Origin: Takakia lepidozioides
Taxonomy: Eukaryota; Plantae; Bryophyta
Reading direction: 5' to 3'
DNA length: 64,000 nucleotides
NCBI GenBank assembly: GCA_030704615.1
Contig: CM060734.1
Span: forward strand, 1,488,001-1,552,000
In this document: piece by piece, positions 12,558 through 22,782 of the stretch
Numbering within the stretch: the first letter of the stretch is position 1
Layout: every line of letters begins with the position of its first letter
The notes under the pieces: model-generated
Told to the model about the DNA's origin: nothing
Databases searched by the model: none
The model's input: the letters and a program-made list of their open reading frames with translations, nothing else
Program-made: the position numbers and the translations under genes

Positions 12558-14354
12558 GGCTCAACAAAGAAGACACTCTTCAACCCATCAGGGGGGCACC
12601 CTTACGAGCCAGTGGAGTTTAAGGGCAGGCCAAAATTCGAGCCAGCAACAATGATTCAATGTTCCAACAAGAGTTTTTTGAAGGCATTGGATGGCCGGGC
12701 CGCCAAGTTGGCACACATGAAGCTTCTTGAGGGCCTGAAAGGCAAAACTGTGAGGAAGGCGAGCACGCACAAGAGCCTGCAGACACTCCGAAATTTGTTG
12801 CCATCATGGACTTCTTTGCGGCAACAAGTAGTATGAGGGGTGGAAAATAGACGGATTGGTCCTGCGATTTGATCATTTTGAATATTCCAGATGGAGAACC
12901 TCTGGAAGGACTGGATACTGTGCTCTCCTGGAACACATATTCTGAGGAATTTTGGAAGAAAGGGTTTGGGCTATCCCGCATGGTATTGGATGACACGGGC
13001 TGTGTGGTGGTCCTTGCAGGCAGAGGGCAAGAACACAAAGGCAGGAATTGCCAAGTGGACCCGTAAGAGTGATGTCCCAGTTCTGAAGAATAAGGTAGAC
13101 TTGCATCAACAATGGGCCTTCGCTCCGAGGGCAACCAGGTAATTAATTCCCTCCGAAGAAAAAAACGATTTGCATTTGTAACTGTGGACTGGGATGCGGT
13201 GATGGATTCTGCTAATCAATGTGGTCCAGACTCTCCTGTTTGATGCCTTCTGTTTTGTGAATGAGGGCTTGAACTTCAATTTCCGACGAGATGGATTGCT
13301 GGTTGATTCGAACGTCAACCCGGTCGATTACGACGTCATGTACAACAACGTTCCCAAATAATTCCTCCCTTGTGATGTTAAGAACAAGCCTCTCCGTTAT
13401 GCACGGACTAGGAGCCCTGCCTTCATGCACACCATAACAGAGACATGCAGCTTGGTGGAGGGCAGAGTGCTCGACCTGACCTATGGAACAGTTACCACAA
13501 AGTAGTACCGCTCTGTTCTTTCAAGTTTGGGTTTGTACACTTGGTATAGAGCAATCTGTGCATACTGACTGGAACTCGTTTGTCTCAGGTGACTCACTTG
13601 GGCTGGGCAATTTTTCGGACCCACACGTGTTTGCCTTCGAGGAGGACAGAGGCGTGTGGGGTTCCCACTTGGAAGGACTTCAACGACTGTGGGTGGTGGT
13701 TGCCAAGTCAGCCGATGACTCGGAGGAGGAAGAGGAGGAGGAGGAGATGGTTGACATACCTGCGGAGGACAACCCTTCATACAACTTAGTGCCAGCATTG
13801 TAAGTTTGCAAAGCCTTCTGGGTCATTCCTTCATTTACGTTGTCTGTCCCTTTGTGGTAGAAATTGGTCTAAGAAAGTGCATATTATGCAGGATTCCGAG
13901 TTCTGTGTCCAAATCAAGAGCGCCTCATTCCGTTGGCAGGGATAATGTCCCATTTTTTGCCAAGCTAGGCTTTTTCCGTAGCCCTATGAAGGACTTTGCC
14001 CTTCCTTCTTATGCAGATAGGTTTGCAAGGACTGCAATTAGACACTGTGAACATCCGAGTAGAGTAGAGCAGGTTTTGGAGAGGTCAAGAGAGAGTAAAA
14101 GGAAAAGGAGAGAGTTGGCTGCAGCCAAGAGAACTAGACGAGTGCGACAGTTTGTATGCGATTCCGCAGAAGAGAGCGATGCAAATCAGGAGGAGGAAGA
14201 GTCAGCGGAGGCCAAATGGACAGTTCCACAAGGAGAAGACGGGATCTATTCGTATTGTACATGCGGTTTGGAAATGCGGCGCCCACATTTCCATCTTCGG
14301 GATGGAAATGTGGTCATTCCCTCTGACCTTGGCTCTGTGCAAAGTCACTTGTGA
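12558..14354 (+). pseudogene. Degenerate intron-containing gene resembling a beta-class N4-C/N6-A DNA methyltransferase, with an acidic linker and an unknown C-terminal domain
   Basis: Motif IV-like CDLIILNIPDG (12863-12895); motif X/I-like RSPAFMHTITETCSLVEGRVLDLTYGT|GDSL...HVFAFEED; introns 13139-13229, 13492-13588 (decayed donor) and 13800-13891; internal stops and frameshifts. Confidence 0.7.
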
Positions 14355-14431
14355 GTCTTTGCAAGTCACGGAAATAGAAGTCTCAGTTCTGGCCGCAGCT
14401 CAGGGTGTAGATCGTAGCAATGGGCCTCCCC

Positions 14432-14951
14432 GCTTATGTTGACGACCTCGCCATTCTCGCATACAAACCTCAACATCTCAACCGCCAGGTTGACAAATTA
14501 TCCTGCTTCAACCAATGGTCTGGTATGGAGCTTTAAGCCTTCACAAATGTGGGGTCACTGCAACCACACACCGCAGTGCGTTCATTGAATCCATAATAGC
14601 TTCCCATTGTAAGCTCCACATACACTATCAACAAAAACCCTTCCCTTCTTAGACCCGAATGAACCCTACACTTATCTGGGTATTCAATTGGTTCCCTCGC
14701 TCACCTGGCATATATAAAAGAGCACAACACTCTCTAAATTAACCAACAAAAGCTTAGCCCTCCTCAAATCCCCGGTTTCCATCCGCCCCAAATTAGCTAT
14801 CATCCAAAAAGTCCTCAAACCACAAGTCCAATACGCCTTCCACTCGGCCCCCTTCTCTTTACCTGACATCAAACAACTGGACAAAAATATTATCCAACTC
14901 ACCAAACGAATATGTGGCCTATCCACCAGTACCCCGAACGCTCTTATTCAG
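14432..14951 (+). mobile_element. LINE RT and thumb fragment, same family as 34545-37205
   Basis: Hand translation: AYVDDLAILAYKPQHLNRQV..FNQWSGMEL..KC..EPYTYLGI; nearly the same peptide as AYADDLAILAHKPQHLNRQV in ORF 34247-35170. Confidence 0.9.
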
Positions 14952-14957
14952 CGAGGG

Positions 14958-15076
14958 TAGCTACCGCGTGAGCAGCTCACGTAAGCACGCTCACGCTTTG
15001 CAGACTAAGCGTGAGCAGAATCCCTTAAGCGTGAGCAGATTGTAAGCGTGAGCAGATTGTAAGCGTGAGCAGATTA
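14958..15076. repeat. Cluster of GCGTGAGC motifs, including a 17-bp tandem (aagcgtgagcagattgt) and inverted copies
   Basis: Five direct copies plus gctcacg inverted copies. Confidence 0.75.
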
Positions 15077-15540
15077 GGGAAGCGGAGCCTACAACCGAGG
15101 TAATACAGGGCCTATTGTCGTGGACGCAAACTCTTCTGAATGGAAATTCATGTAGGTGGCCAGGGACCAAAGATGTCGTGATCCATGCATGCAATGTGGG
15201 ATGAATATGCGGTGATTAACTGCCGGATGAAAGAAGCATGGATGAATGTAAGAAGTGAAGGGATGAATGGTGGATGAATGTGGGATGAAAATCCTGGCTG
15301 GTGAATGAAGAATGGATGGATTGAAATAATATTGATTGTATGGCAAACAGGGCAAATTCAAAACCCGGGGAAACACGGGAAACCCTAATCACAAACACTG
15401 ATCCCGCAACCCACATTCCAAACCCCCAAGGCAAACCATAAGCCGAAAACCCAAGCCCGCAATGGTAAACCCCAAACCCCAAACCCCAAAGCTTAAACGG
15501 AAACCACAAACCCAGTTAATTCCAGCCCAAGCTTATTTCC

Positions 15541-15995
15541 AGCCTCTGTTGGCACATGCGAATTCAACCCAAAAACCAATTAAAACTTACGAAAATTAAA
15601 AAAAAAACCTCAACGAACAGCCATATCCGTGCAGGGAAATAAGCTCGGCATTAAGGTGGCGTCAACGCCACTTTAATTCCCAAGCCCTGTTGGAACACGA
15701 AAATTCAACCCAAAAACCAAAAAACAAAAACAAAAATTAAAAAAACCCCGTTGCGAGCAGCCATGTCCGTAGAGGGAAACAGGCTCGGCATTAAGGTGGC
15801 ATCAACGCCACCTTAATTCCCAGCCCCTGTTGGAACATGAGAATTCAACCCAAAAACCAAAAAATGAGAATAAAAATGGTATAAAAGCCTTAGCGAGCAG
15901 ACATGTTCGTAGAGGGAAACAGGCTCGGCATTAAGGTGGCGCTGACGCCACCTTAATTCGAAGCCCTGTTTTCACATGACAATTCAACCCAAAAA
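15541..15995. repeat. ~140-bp tandem repeat, about 3.3 units, each with a 26-bp palindrome
   Basis: ctgtt anchors at 15546, 15687, 15827 and 15966; TTAAGGTGGC-n6-GCCACCTTAA (one mismatch in the first copy) at 15651, 15791 and 15931. Confidence 0.85.
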
Positions 15996-16967
15996 GCTTA
16001 ATAAAAAGAAGAGAAAATACCAATCTGGGCCGCATCCATGAATGGTCGATGAATGTGGAATAAGAATAGACGGTAGACTGAACCTTGGATGACTAAAATA
16101 AAATTTCCCTATACAAGAGGATAAGAAGAACACCAATGTGTGTGGAAACGCCTACCGCAACATCGGACAACAGAGAGCCCTCACAAGAGAGAGGTCGGGA
16201 GATGGTGGCAAGGTGGCGAGGATCATGCGATTTCCCCAGCCCTAAAAATGGAGGGCTCGGATGGGTTTTAGGAATGGACGGTCCACATCCTGCATCTTCA
16301 GCGGACTGGAGATAAGGGGACTGGCGTAGCGGACTCATGGGCAGCGGACACTGTTCAGAATTTATATTTCTCTTCATTTCCTTTATGAACTTGCAGGGCT
16401 AAGCTGTGAACATTGCAGCTTTAAGCATTGATTGATCGAAGAGAAGAATACTGGGAGGCTCAATACAAAGCATGTTACAAGGGATTCAGTGCCGATCCAG
16501 AATATAGCGGACTGGAGGGTGGACTGGAGGGCAGCGGACTGCCCGCGGCGGACGGGGATTGCAGAGGCTGCACTCCTGACAACCACACAATGTACCGAAA
16601 TCCTACATTGATAGTGTGGCAGCATATGCTCTTATCATGAAGAAAATGTGATCTCTTTGACCTCACCCAACTACCTATTATCTTGTCATCCACTTATAAG
16701 AATAGCAAACACATGCATACCTAGGTTGCAACTCCAATTGCTCAGGCTTTGAATCCATTGTTTAGAGAGACGTCGTTGTTTTCCCGTGTGTCGAGAGGTC
16801 GAGGGTTCAAACCCGTTGTCATCCCCCCCCCCCCCCCCCCCCCCCTTTCCGTGTCAACCTATTGTTTGCGAGAATGACGCCGCGCCACGTGGCGAGGTCC
16901 CTCTCGACAGGTGCGGGGTTCAAACCCACTCCCCTGCCCCTGATTTACTCATAGGCAAGAATAAGTA

Positions 16968-17433
16968 GCGACCGCCATTAGTGGCGGTCGCTTAATTTCT
17001 GAAAATTAAAAAACACAACGACCGCCACAAATGGCAGTCGATTCATTTTAAAAAATTAAGAATAAACAGCGACCGCCACAATTGGCGGTCGTTTTTTTTT
17101 TTTTTCCTAAAAATATGACGCGACCGCCAATATGGCGGTCTCTTTATTTTCTTTTTCTAAAAATATAATGTGACTGCCAATATGGCGGTCACTTCATATT
17201 TTAAATTTTAAAAAAAACAACCGCCAATTTTGCAGTCGCTTAATTTTTCTTTTGAAAAAAGCAACGACTGTCAATTTGGTGGCCGCATTATTTTCTTAAA
17301 AAAATATGAAGCAACCGCTATATTTGCGGTTGCTTTATTTTTTTAAATAAAACAAAGAAGCCACCGCCAGCCAATTTGGGGTCGCTTAATTTCTTAAAAT
17401 AAAAAAAATAACGACCGCCAATTTGGTGGTCGC
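16968..17433. repeat. Array of ~10 palindromes (GCGACCGCCA-n3/4-TGGCGGTCGC) with A/T spacers, ~50-bp period; probable DNA-transposon subterminal repeats
   Basis: Direct reading; further copies at 17759-17851 and 41612-41686. Confidence 0.8.
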
Positions 17434-17444
17434 TTCATTTTTTA

Positions 17445-17497
17445 AAGTATGACGTCTCCCGAAGGGAGTGTAACTTACGGTGTCTCTTCACCACAAG
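17445..17497 (-). mobile_element. 3' tail fragment of the SINE family at 21487-21665
   Basis: aagtatgacgtctcccgaagggagtgtaacttacggtgtctcttcaccacaag closely matches 21494-21546. Confidence 0.85.
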
Positions 17498-17640
17498 TGT
17501 CCTGCTTATGGAACTCATGAGATGGCTTGTTGTGGGTCTTCATGGAGAACTTGCTGCTATTCTTCCTGATTCTCCACAGTTTGATGTTTCACAAACCAGT
17601 CAGGCCATGATCCCACAAGATCTTCTTCCTGAGCAACCTC
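17497..17640 (-). mobile_element. GyA accessory-ORF fragment
   Basis: QEEDLVGSWPDWFVKH vs QEEDLVGTWPEWLVKH in ORF 47453-48064. Confidence 0.8.
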
Positions 17641-18197
17641 AAGATGGGAACTACTGTAATACGTAGGGTTGGGGTGTTTGCTGAAGGTAATGAAGGTACC
17701 TTCTTCAACACATTTCGGCCAATTTTCCGGTGGCTTAATTGTGTTAAAAGAAAAAGCAGTGACCGCCAATTTGGTGGTCGCTTTACTTTATTTTTTCTTT
17801 AAATTTCAAGTGATTGCCAGTTTTTAAATTTAAAAAATAAGTGGCGGTCGCTTAAGTTTTTTAATTAAAAAAAACCAGCCGAGGCCAATTGTACGGAGAG
17901 CTCCTCCATCTGTTTAGTTAATGCAGCAATCTGTCCTTCCTGCGAATCAATTATTACACCAGCTGGTAACTGATTCTGCAGGGACGCAGGGACATACATT
18001 CCCACAATAGTTTGAGGTGATGAAACTATGGACGATGGCATCACCGATACCGAAGCTTGAGGAGCCCAAGAATTAGTATCAAACATAGTGGGCGCAATTG
18101 AATAAGTGGAGATATTAATGGTTTCCTATAATTTAGCTCGATAAGAGCTGTTTGGAGATTGGCCGGTGTTCCTTCTTTTACAAACCGCTTCAATTCC

Positions 18198-19186
18198 TGT
18201 GACACTGCTTGGGATAGTGGCAGTGGATATGACTAGTGGCAGCTAACAAGACATGCGAGGCCAAGCTCATAGGAGTCAAATACATGAGATCCCAAGCTCA
18301 AGTTCACAGGTTGTAAGACGGCGACTAACGATGGGGCTACTCTCGTACCCGGCCTCTTGATCTATCGAATTTGAGTGTAGTAGGGACAGTGGTGGAGGAC
18401 TTAGCGAGGCTACGGCCATTATCACATCTTGTGGCTACCTGGACTTAGAGGGACCTAAGCACCACCTAGGGGGCCATTGTGTAGGTAGACTAGTAGCATA
18501 GACGAGTGGCGGACTAGTGGCTGTGCCAGACTAGTGGCAGTGGCAGACTAGTGGTTGCATAGTGGTAGCCTAGTGACGGACTAGTGGCTGCCTAGTGACG
18601 GAATAGTGGCAGCCTAGTGATAGTCTAGTGTGTGTGGTGTCTTACGTGTTGTGTGGTATGGACAGCGATGTAGTTGTGTAGCGATATGTATGCGCACGAC
18701 AGTTGTCAAGCTATTTTACCACTAGTGTGAAACTAGCTACGAACTAGTTAGTTTTCATATATTGACATTTGGGATTGGCCCAAGTGTCAATCCAGAGGCC
18801 AATGTATATTTAGGCACCTGGCATGGTTATCTCCACGGCAAGCGCGGTGGGCTCATCTTTATCGAGTTGAGCCTCACCGCGTCTAGCTATGGTGCCGTAG
18901 TGTGGATTCCCGATGGCATGGGGTGCATTTGGCTCAACTTGTATTTGAGGGAAGATTTTATGCATGATTTTATGCTTCAGTTTGTGAGCTCAGTTGAGCT
19001 TGTGTTCTCCTTATTTATCATTGTGGTAGACCAGTGGCACAAACTAGTGGCGGACTAGTGGCTGTATAATGGCAGCCTAGTGACGGACTAGTGGCAGACT
19101 AGTGATAGTCTAGTGTGTGTGGTGTGTTATGTGTTGTGTGGTATGGACAGCGATGTAGTTGTGTAGCGATATGTATGCGCACGACA
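18198..19186 (+). repeat. LTR-like sequence (TGTGAC...GCACGACA, 18198-18701) rich in GACTAGTGGC motifs, with its 3' part repeated at ~19025-19186
   Basis: Near-identical blocks ending gtatgcgcacgaca at 18701 and 19186; no TSD or PBS recognised. Confidence 0.5.
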
Positions 19187-19903
19187 ACCTAAACCATGTC
19201 AATGAGAGTATCAACTTCTAGAAGGAGGGTTGAACTCCGATGGTAACCCAAGTCGATGTCCGACGACGTACTTATGGTGAAAATATTTTGAGGAAAGCCA
19301 TTTCCCAAAATCACGATATATTGACAAGGTTGGAGGGCCATTAAAATCTCTATTCTTCCCTTGTTCCGAAGGTTTTTGTCCGGAGAAGATGGAAGAAGTC
19401 CCTGAAATGTTGTCTCGGGTATCGTGGATATGGTGATGACCCCACCAAAATAATATCCTCCAAGATTACGCCAATCAACAACATCTTGTGCTAAGACCAA
19501 AGTTCAGCCGTACTTCTCCAAGAATTGGTGGGCCTTGCTGACTTTGAGTGAACCGTGAAGATGATGAATTACTCGTATTCTCTTCACAACATAATCTCCA
19601 ACTAATTGACCATGGTCTAAGATGCTGAAAGTATCCAATTGGAGAGTAAGTCTCCGGCTCGTATGCTTCTGGAGAGTGGCTCGCTGGCGAGTACGTCGAT
19701 GGAGAGAGTGAAGTTTTCAGCAAAATCTTCAATGAAATAGCGTCGGGTGACCAGTCGAGGTTCATCTGTGACGGGCTGTGGTACTTCTGACGGTTTACTC
19801 TGAAACACTCATATACTGTTCAAAAAATAATCTCCAACTAATAATAATCTCCAACTAACTGATTGGAGCTGTCACAACCAATGTCAACAATCCTATTTAC
19901 TGT

Positions 19904-20346
19904 AAGGTGTTTGATGCTATTGTTGTTCCTCTGGCTGAATTCTATAGTAGTCGTTTTGCTATTCCCATGCCAACAATATCAGGTCCTCAGAGACTGTCAT
20001 ATTCAGACTCTCGTATCAACCATGGCCCACCATCAGTGTCCAATATAAAACCATCAGCTGCATGTCAGCTGAGAACCAGATCTTTGATTCATTATATCTC
20101 AGCCCCGTCCGACTCTAGAGAAACACCCTAGCCCACAAGTAGTTGGCGAGTGGTTTGAAGTATTTCTCCGGGCTGGGATAGAATGAATTGGAGATTTGGT
20201 TCTCAGCTGATGGTTTCATGTTGGTGGTGGCTGATATGGAATTCGGAATATGGCAGTCTCAGCGGAGCTGATGTTGTTGGCATGGGAATAGCAAAAAGAT
20301 TCCTATAGAAATTAGCTACATGAACATCGGCAGTATCAAACACCTT
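19904..20346. repeat. Diverged inverted repeat (arms 19904-20083 and 20192-20346)
   Basis: gctattcccatgccaacaa and cagctgagaacca occur on opposite strands; translations KVFDA..FAIPMPT vs KVFDT..FAIPMPT. Confidence 0.8.
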
Positions 20347-21486
20347 GAAGTATATATATTTGCACAGATTGTTTGCGATGGTGTTCCTCCAGTGTTTCCC
20401 CGTCCACATGAAAACGGCGAGAATGACGCTGGAGATTGACGTTCCAACTCTGACAATTTGCCTCCTCGTAATACCATTTTGATGCCCAATGATGGACTTC
20501 AGAACAGGTCAGCTCTTCACGCGTGATCACGCGATGTTAACCGTTTGTATTCCTCAAAACAATTATGAAACTCCACAACGAAGGCTATTGAAACCAAAAC
20601 AAGACACCACGAGGATGCTGCCTTTGGATTATGCAAGTAGGGATAATGACTTCAAACCAATTAAAGATTGGGAATTTAAGATGCTTGCACAATCCGCCAA
20701 GGACCAAGTGACACCATCACACCCCGGATGATTTGAGTGCATGTTATGAAACACATCAATCAATCACCCATGATGATGGTGTCATATAGTCCGGGACGGA
20801 TTATGCAAATATCTTAAGTTCCCTTTCTGTAACTGACCTGAAGTGACTTACTATGCCTGCATAATCCTCACAGTCTCAAAGGACAACATCTTTGTTGTGG
20901 ATTGCGTATACATCAAAACAGCCTCACTCCGAGCAATCACAAGTGGTATTGCTGAGGTAATATTATTCTGAGGCACTCGTCTGGAGTTCCAGAACGCTGA
21001 TGAAGTCCGCTTTTTGAACCACGCATGATCGCGCGAGGTTGAACAGTTCTCTGCCTCCACCACCATGGAGAACCACAACAAACGGTTTGGAACCCAATTT
21101 CAATCAACCACGAGGATGTTGTCAGTTGCTCTGGGAGGGATTTTGGAAGCAGCCAAAATTACTTCAATCCATTTAAAGATAGGGAGTTTACAAAGCTTCC
21201 ACAATCCGTCTAGGACCAAATGAGACGACCATCGTGGGTGATTGAATTGCGTGTTATGGAACCCGAATTCAGTCATAGACGATGATTGTGTCAGTTGGTC
21301 CCCATCGTATTATGTAAACATCATAAAATTCCTTCTCTTGAAATATTATGAAGTACTTTTGAAAGCCTCCGCAATCCGTTTTGGACCACCTGACAGCATC
21401 TTCGGTGTGGATTGAGTACACAACAAAGTCCTCCAGCCTCATATGTTTCAACCTCCACTGTTAATGAAGTCAGCTTGTTTTGATAA

Positions 21487-21665
21487 ACTAAAGAAGTATG
21501 ACGCCTCCCGAAGGGAGCGTAACTTATGGTGTTTGTTCACCACAAGGGCTACTGCCTTCCAGCTGAAAGGTGGACACCTTCATGACACACCAGACCGTGG
21601 TTTGAACCCACAACCATATCCAACGTGGTATGTGCCCATTACCACTAGGCTACATGCTGGTTGTC
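21487..21665 (-). mobile_element. tRNA-derived SINE (179 bp) with 13-bp TSD
   Basis: A box TAGCCTAGTGG (21642-21652); B box GGGTTCAAACC (21599-21609), 32 nt apart; TSD CTTGTTTTGATAA at 21474-21486 and 21666-21678; structured tail. Confidence 0.88.
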
Positions 21666-21719
21666 CTTGTTTTGATAATATTTGATAACACTGCTGTTCC
21701 ATGCAAGCTCACAAGAGGA

Positions 21720-22266
21720 GATATCAGGGAACCACGTACAATCGCGCGTGGTTCATCTCAAACTTCATTGACCAACATTCAAGCCCACATGAGCTTGATG
21801 AACATTGACAGTGATACATAAAGAATGTGTTTAATGAACATGCCAATAGTTATATTCATCAATAATCCAGAGTTGCTTCCCAACGGCTCACACTCATTGA
21901 GGCATATGTGCGAGATCACCGTTGGTTTACCACTGATGGCGGAACTCTGCAAACCTGAGGAAGTGGATACAGTCGGAGATTGATTGAACATATCAGGGAA
22001 CCACGTGCGATCGCGCATGGTTCATCTCAAACTTCGTTGACGAACATTGAGGCCCACAGGAGCTTGCAGAACATTGACTGTGTTACATAGAGAATGTGAT
22101 TAATGAACAGGCCAATAGTTTAATTCATCAATAATACATTATACATAATTGCTTCCCAAACGGCTCACACTCAAGGCATATGTGCGAGAGCGCCGTCGGT
22201 TACCACTGATGGCGGATGTCTGCGCACCCGAGGAAATGGATACAGTCGGAGATTGATTGAACATAT
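21720..22266. repeat. ~270-bp direct tandem duplication
   Basis: atatcagggaaccacg...ggagattgattgaacat occurs at ~21721 and ~21990. Confidence 0.85.
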
Positions 22267-22782
22267 GACCAGAATTGTCACTGGTAGTTGTACTTGATGA
22301 CCTCGATGACCGTAAAGCCTCGCGGTCCCTCCGCTCCGCCTTCCGCTGGTGTTATTCTTTCTTCTCCTGTCGAATTTGATTATGAACTTGACCCTGGAAT
22401 ATTACTATGAGGAAGCAGCACAGCATGGAATTGTTAAAGAAAATCCAAAGAACATCATTGATTTCACAAAAGTCATGTGAAGTCAATATACGTCAAAGTA
22501 CAAATGCAAGTTCAAGTAACAATGATGGACTACGCACAAAATATGGTAATGTTAAACTACATACCGAGATAATCGGGTTCTTTTTGCGGTGGGTACTGCC
22601 AAACAGAAGGATCAATAAATCTTCCAAACCAAGACCAGTAGACGTGATTTCGATCTATCGGTGGGCGGGGAGATTTGTAGGAGTTTGTGCTGACATAATC
22701 AATAACGGATTGGGCTCCAATCATGCCCGAGAGAAAAGACCACAATGCTTTAGTGAGGTCAACCAAATCCTCCTCATTGCTT

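Noticed and set aside
13940-13985. GNAT acetyltransferase motif (NVPFFAKLGF)
   Set aside because: A single short motif without the upstream acetyl-CoA-binding motif A.
16795-16930. tRNA or SINE from two GGGTTCAAACCC B-box-like motifs
   Set aside because: No A box at proper spacing, no cloverleaf and no TSD.
16968-17433. CRISPR array
   Set aside because: Spacers are low-complexity A/T tracts, repeats are degenerate, there are no cas genes and the context is eukaryotic.
21590-21660. Functional tRNA gene
   Set aside because: The anticodon arm is not canonical, and the sequence is fused to a retro-tail and flanked by a TSD, so it is a SINE head.
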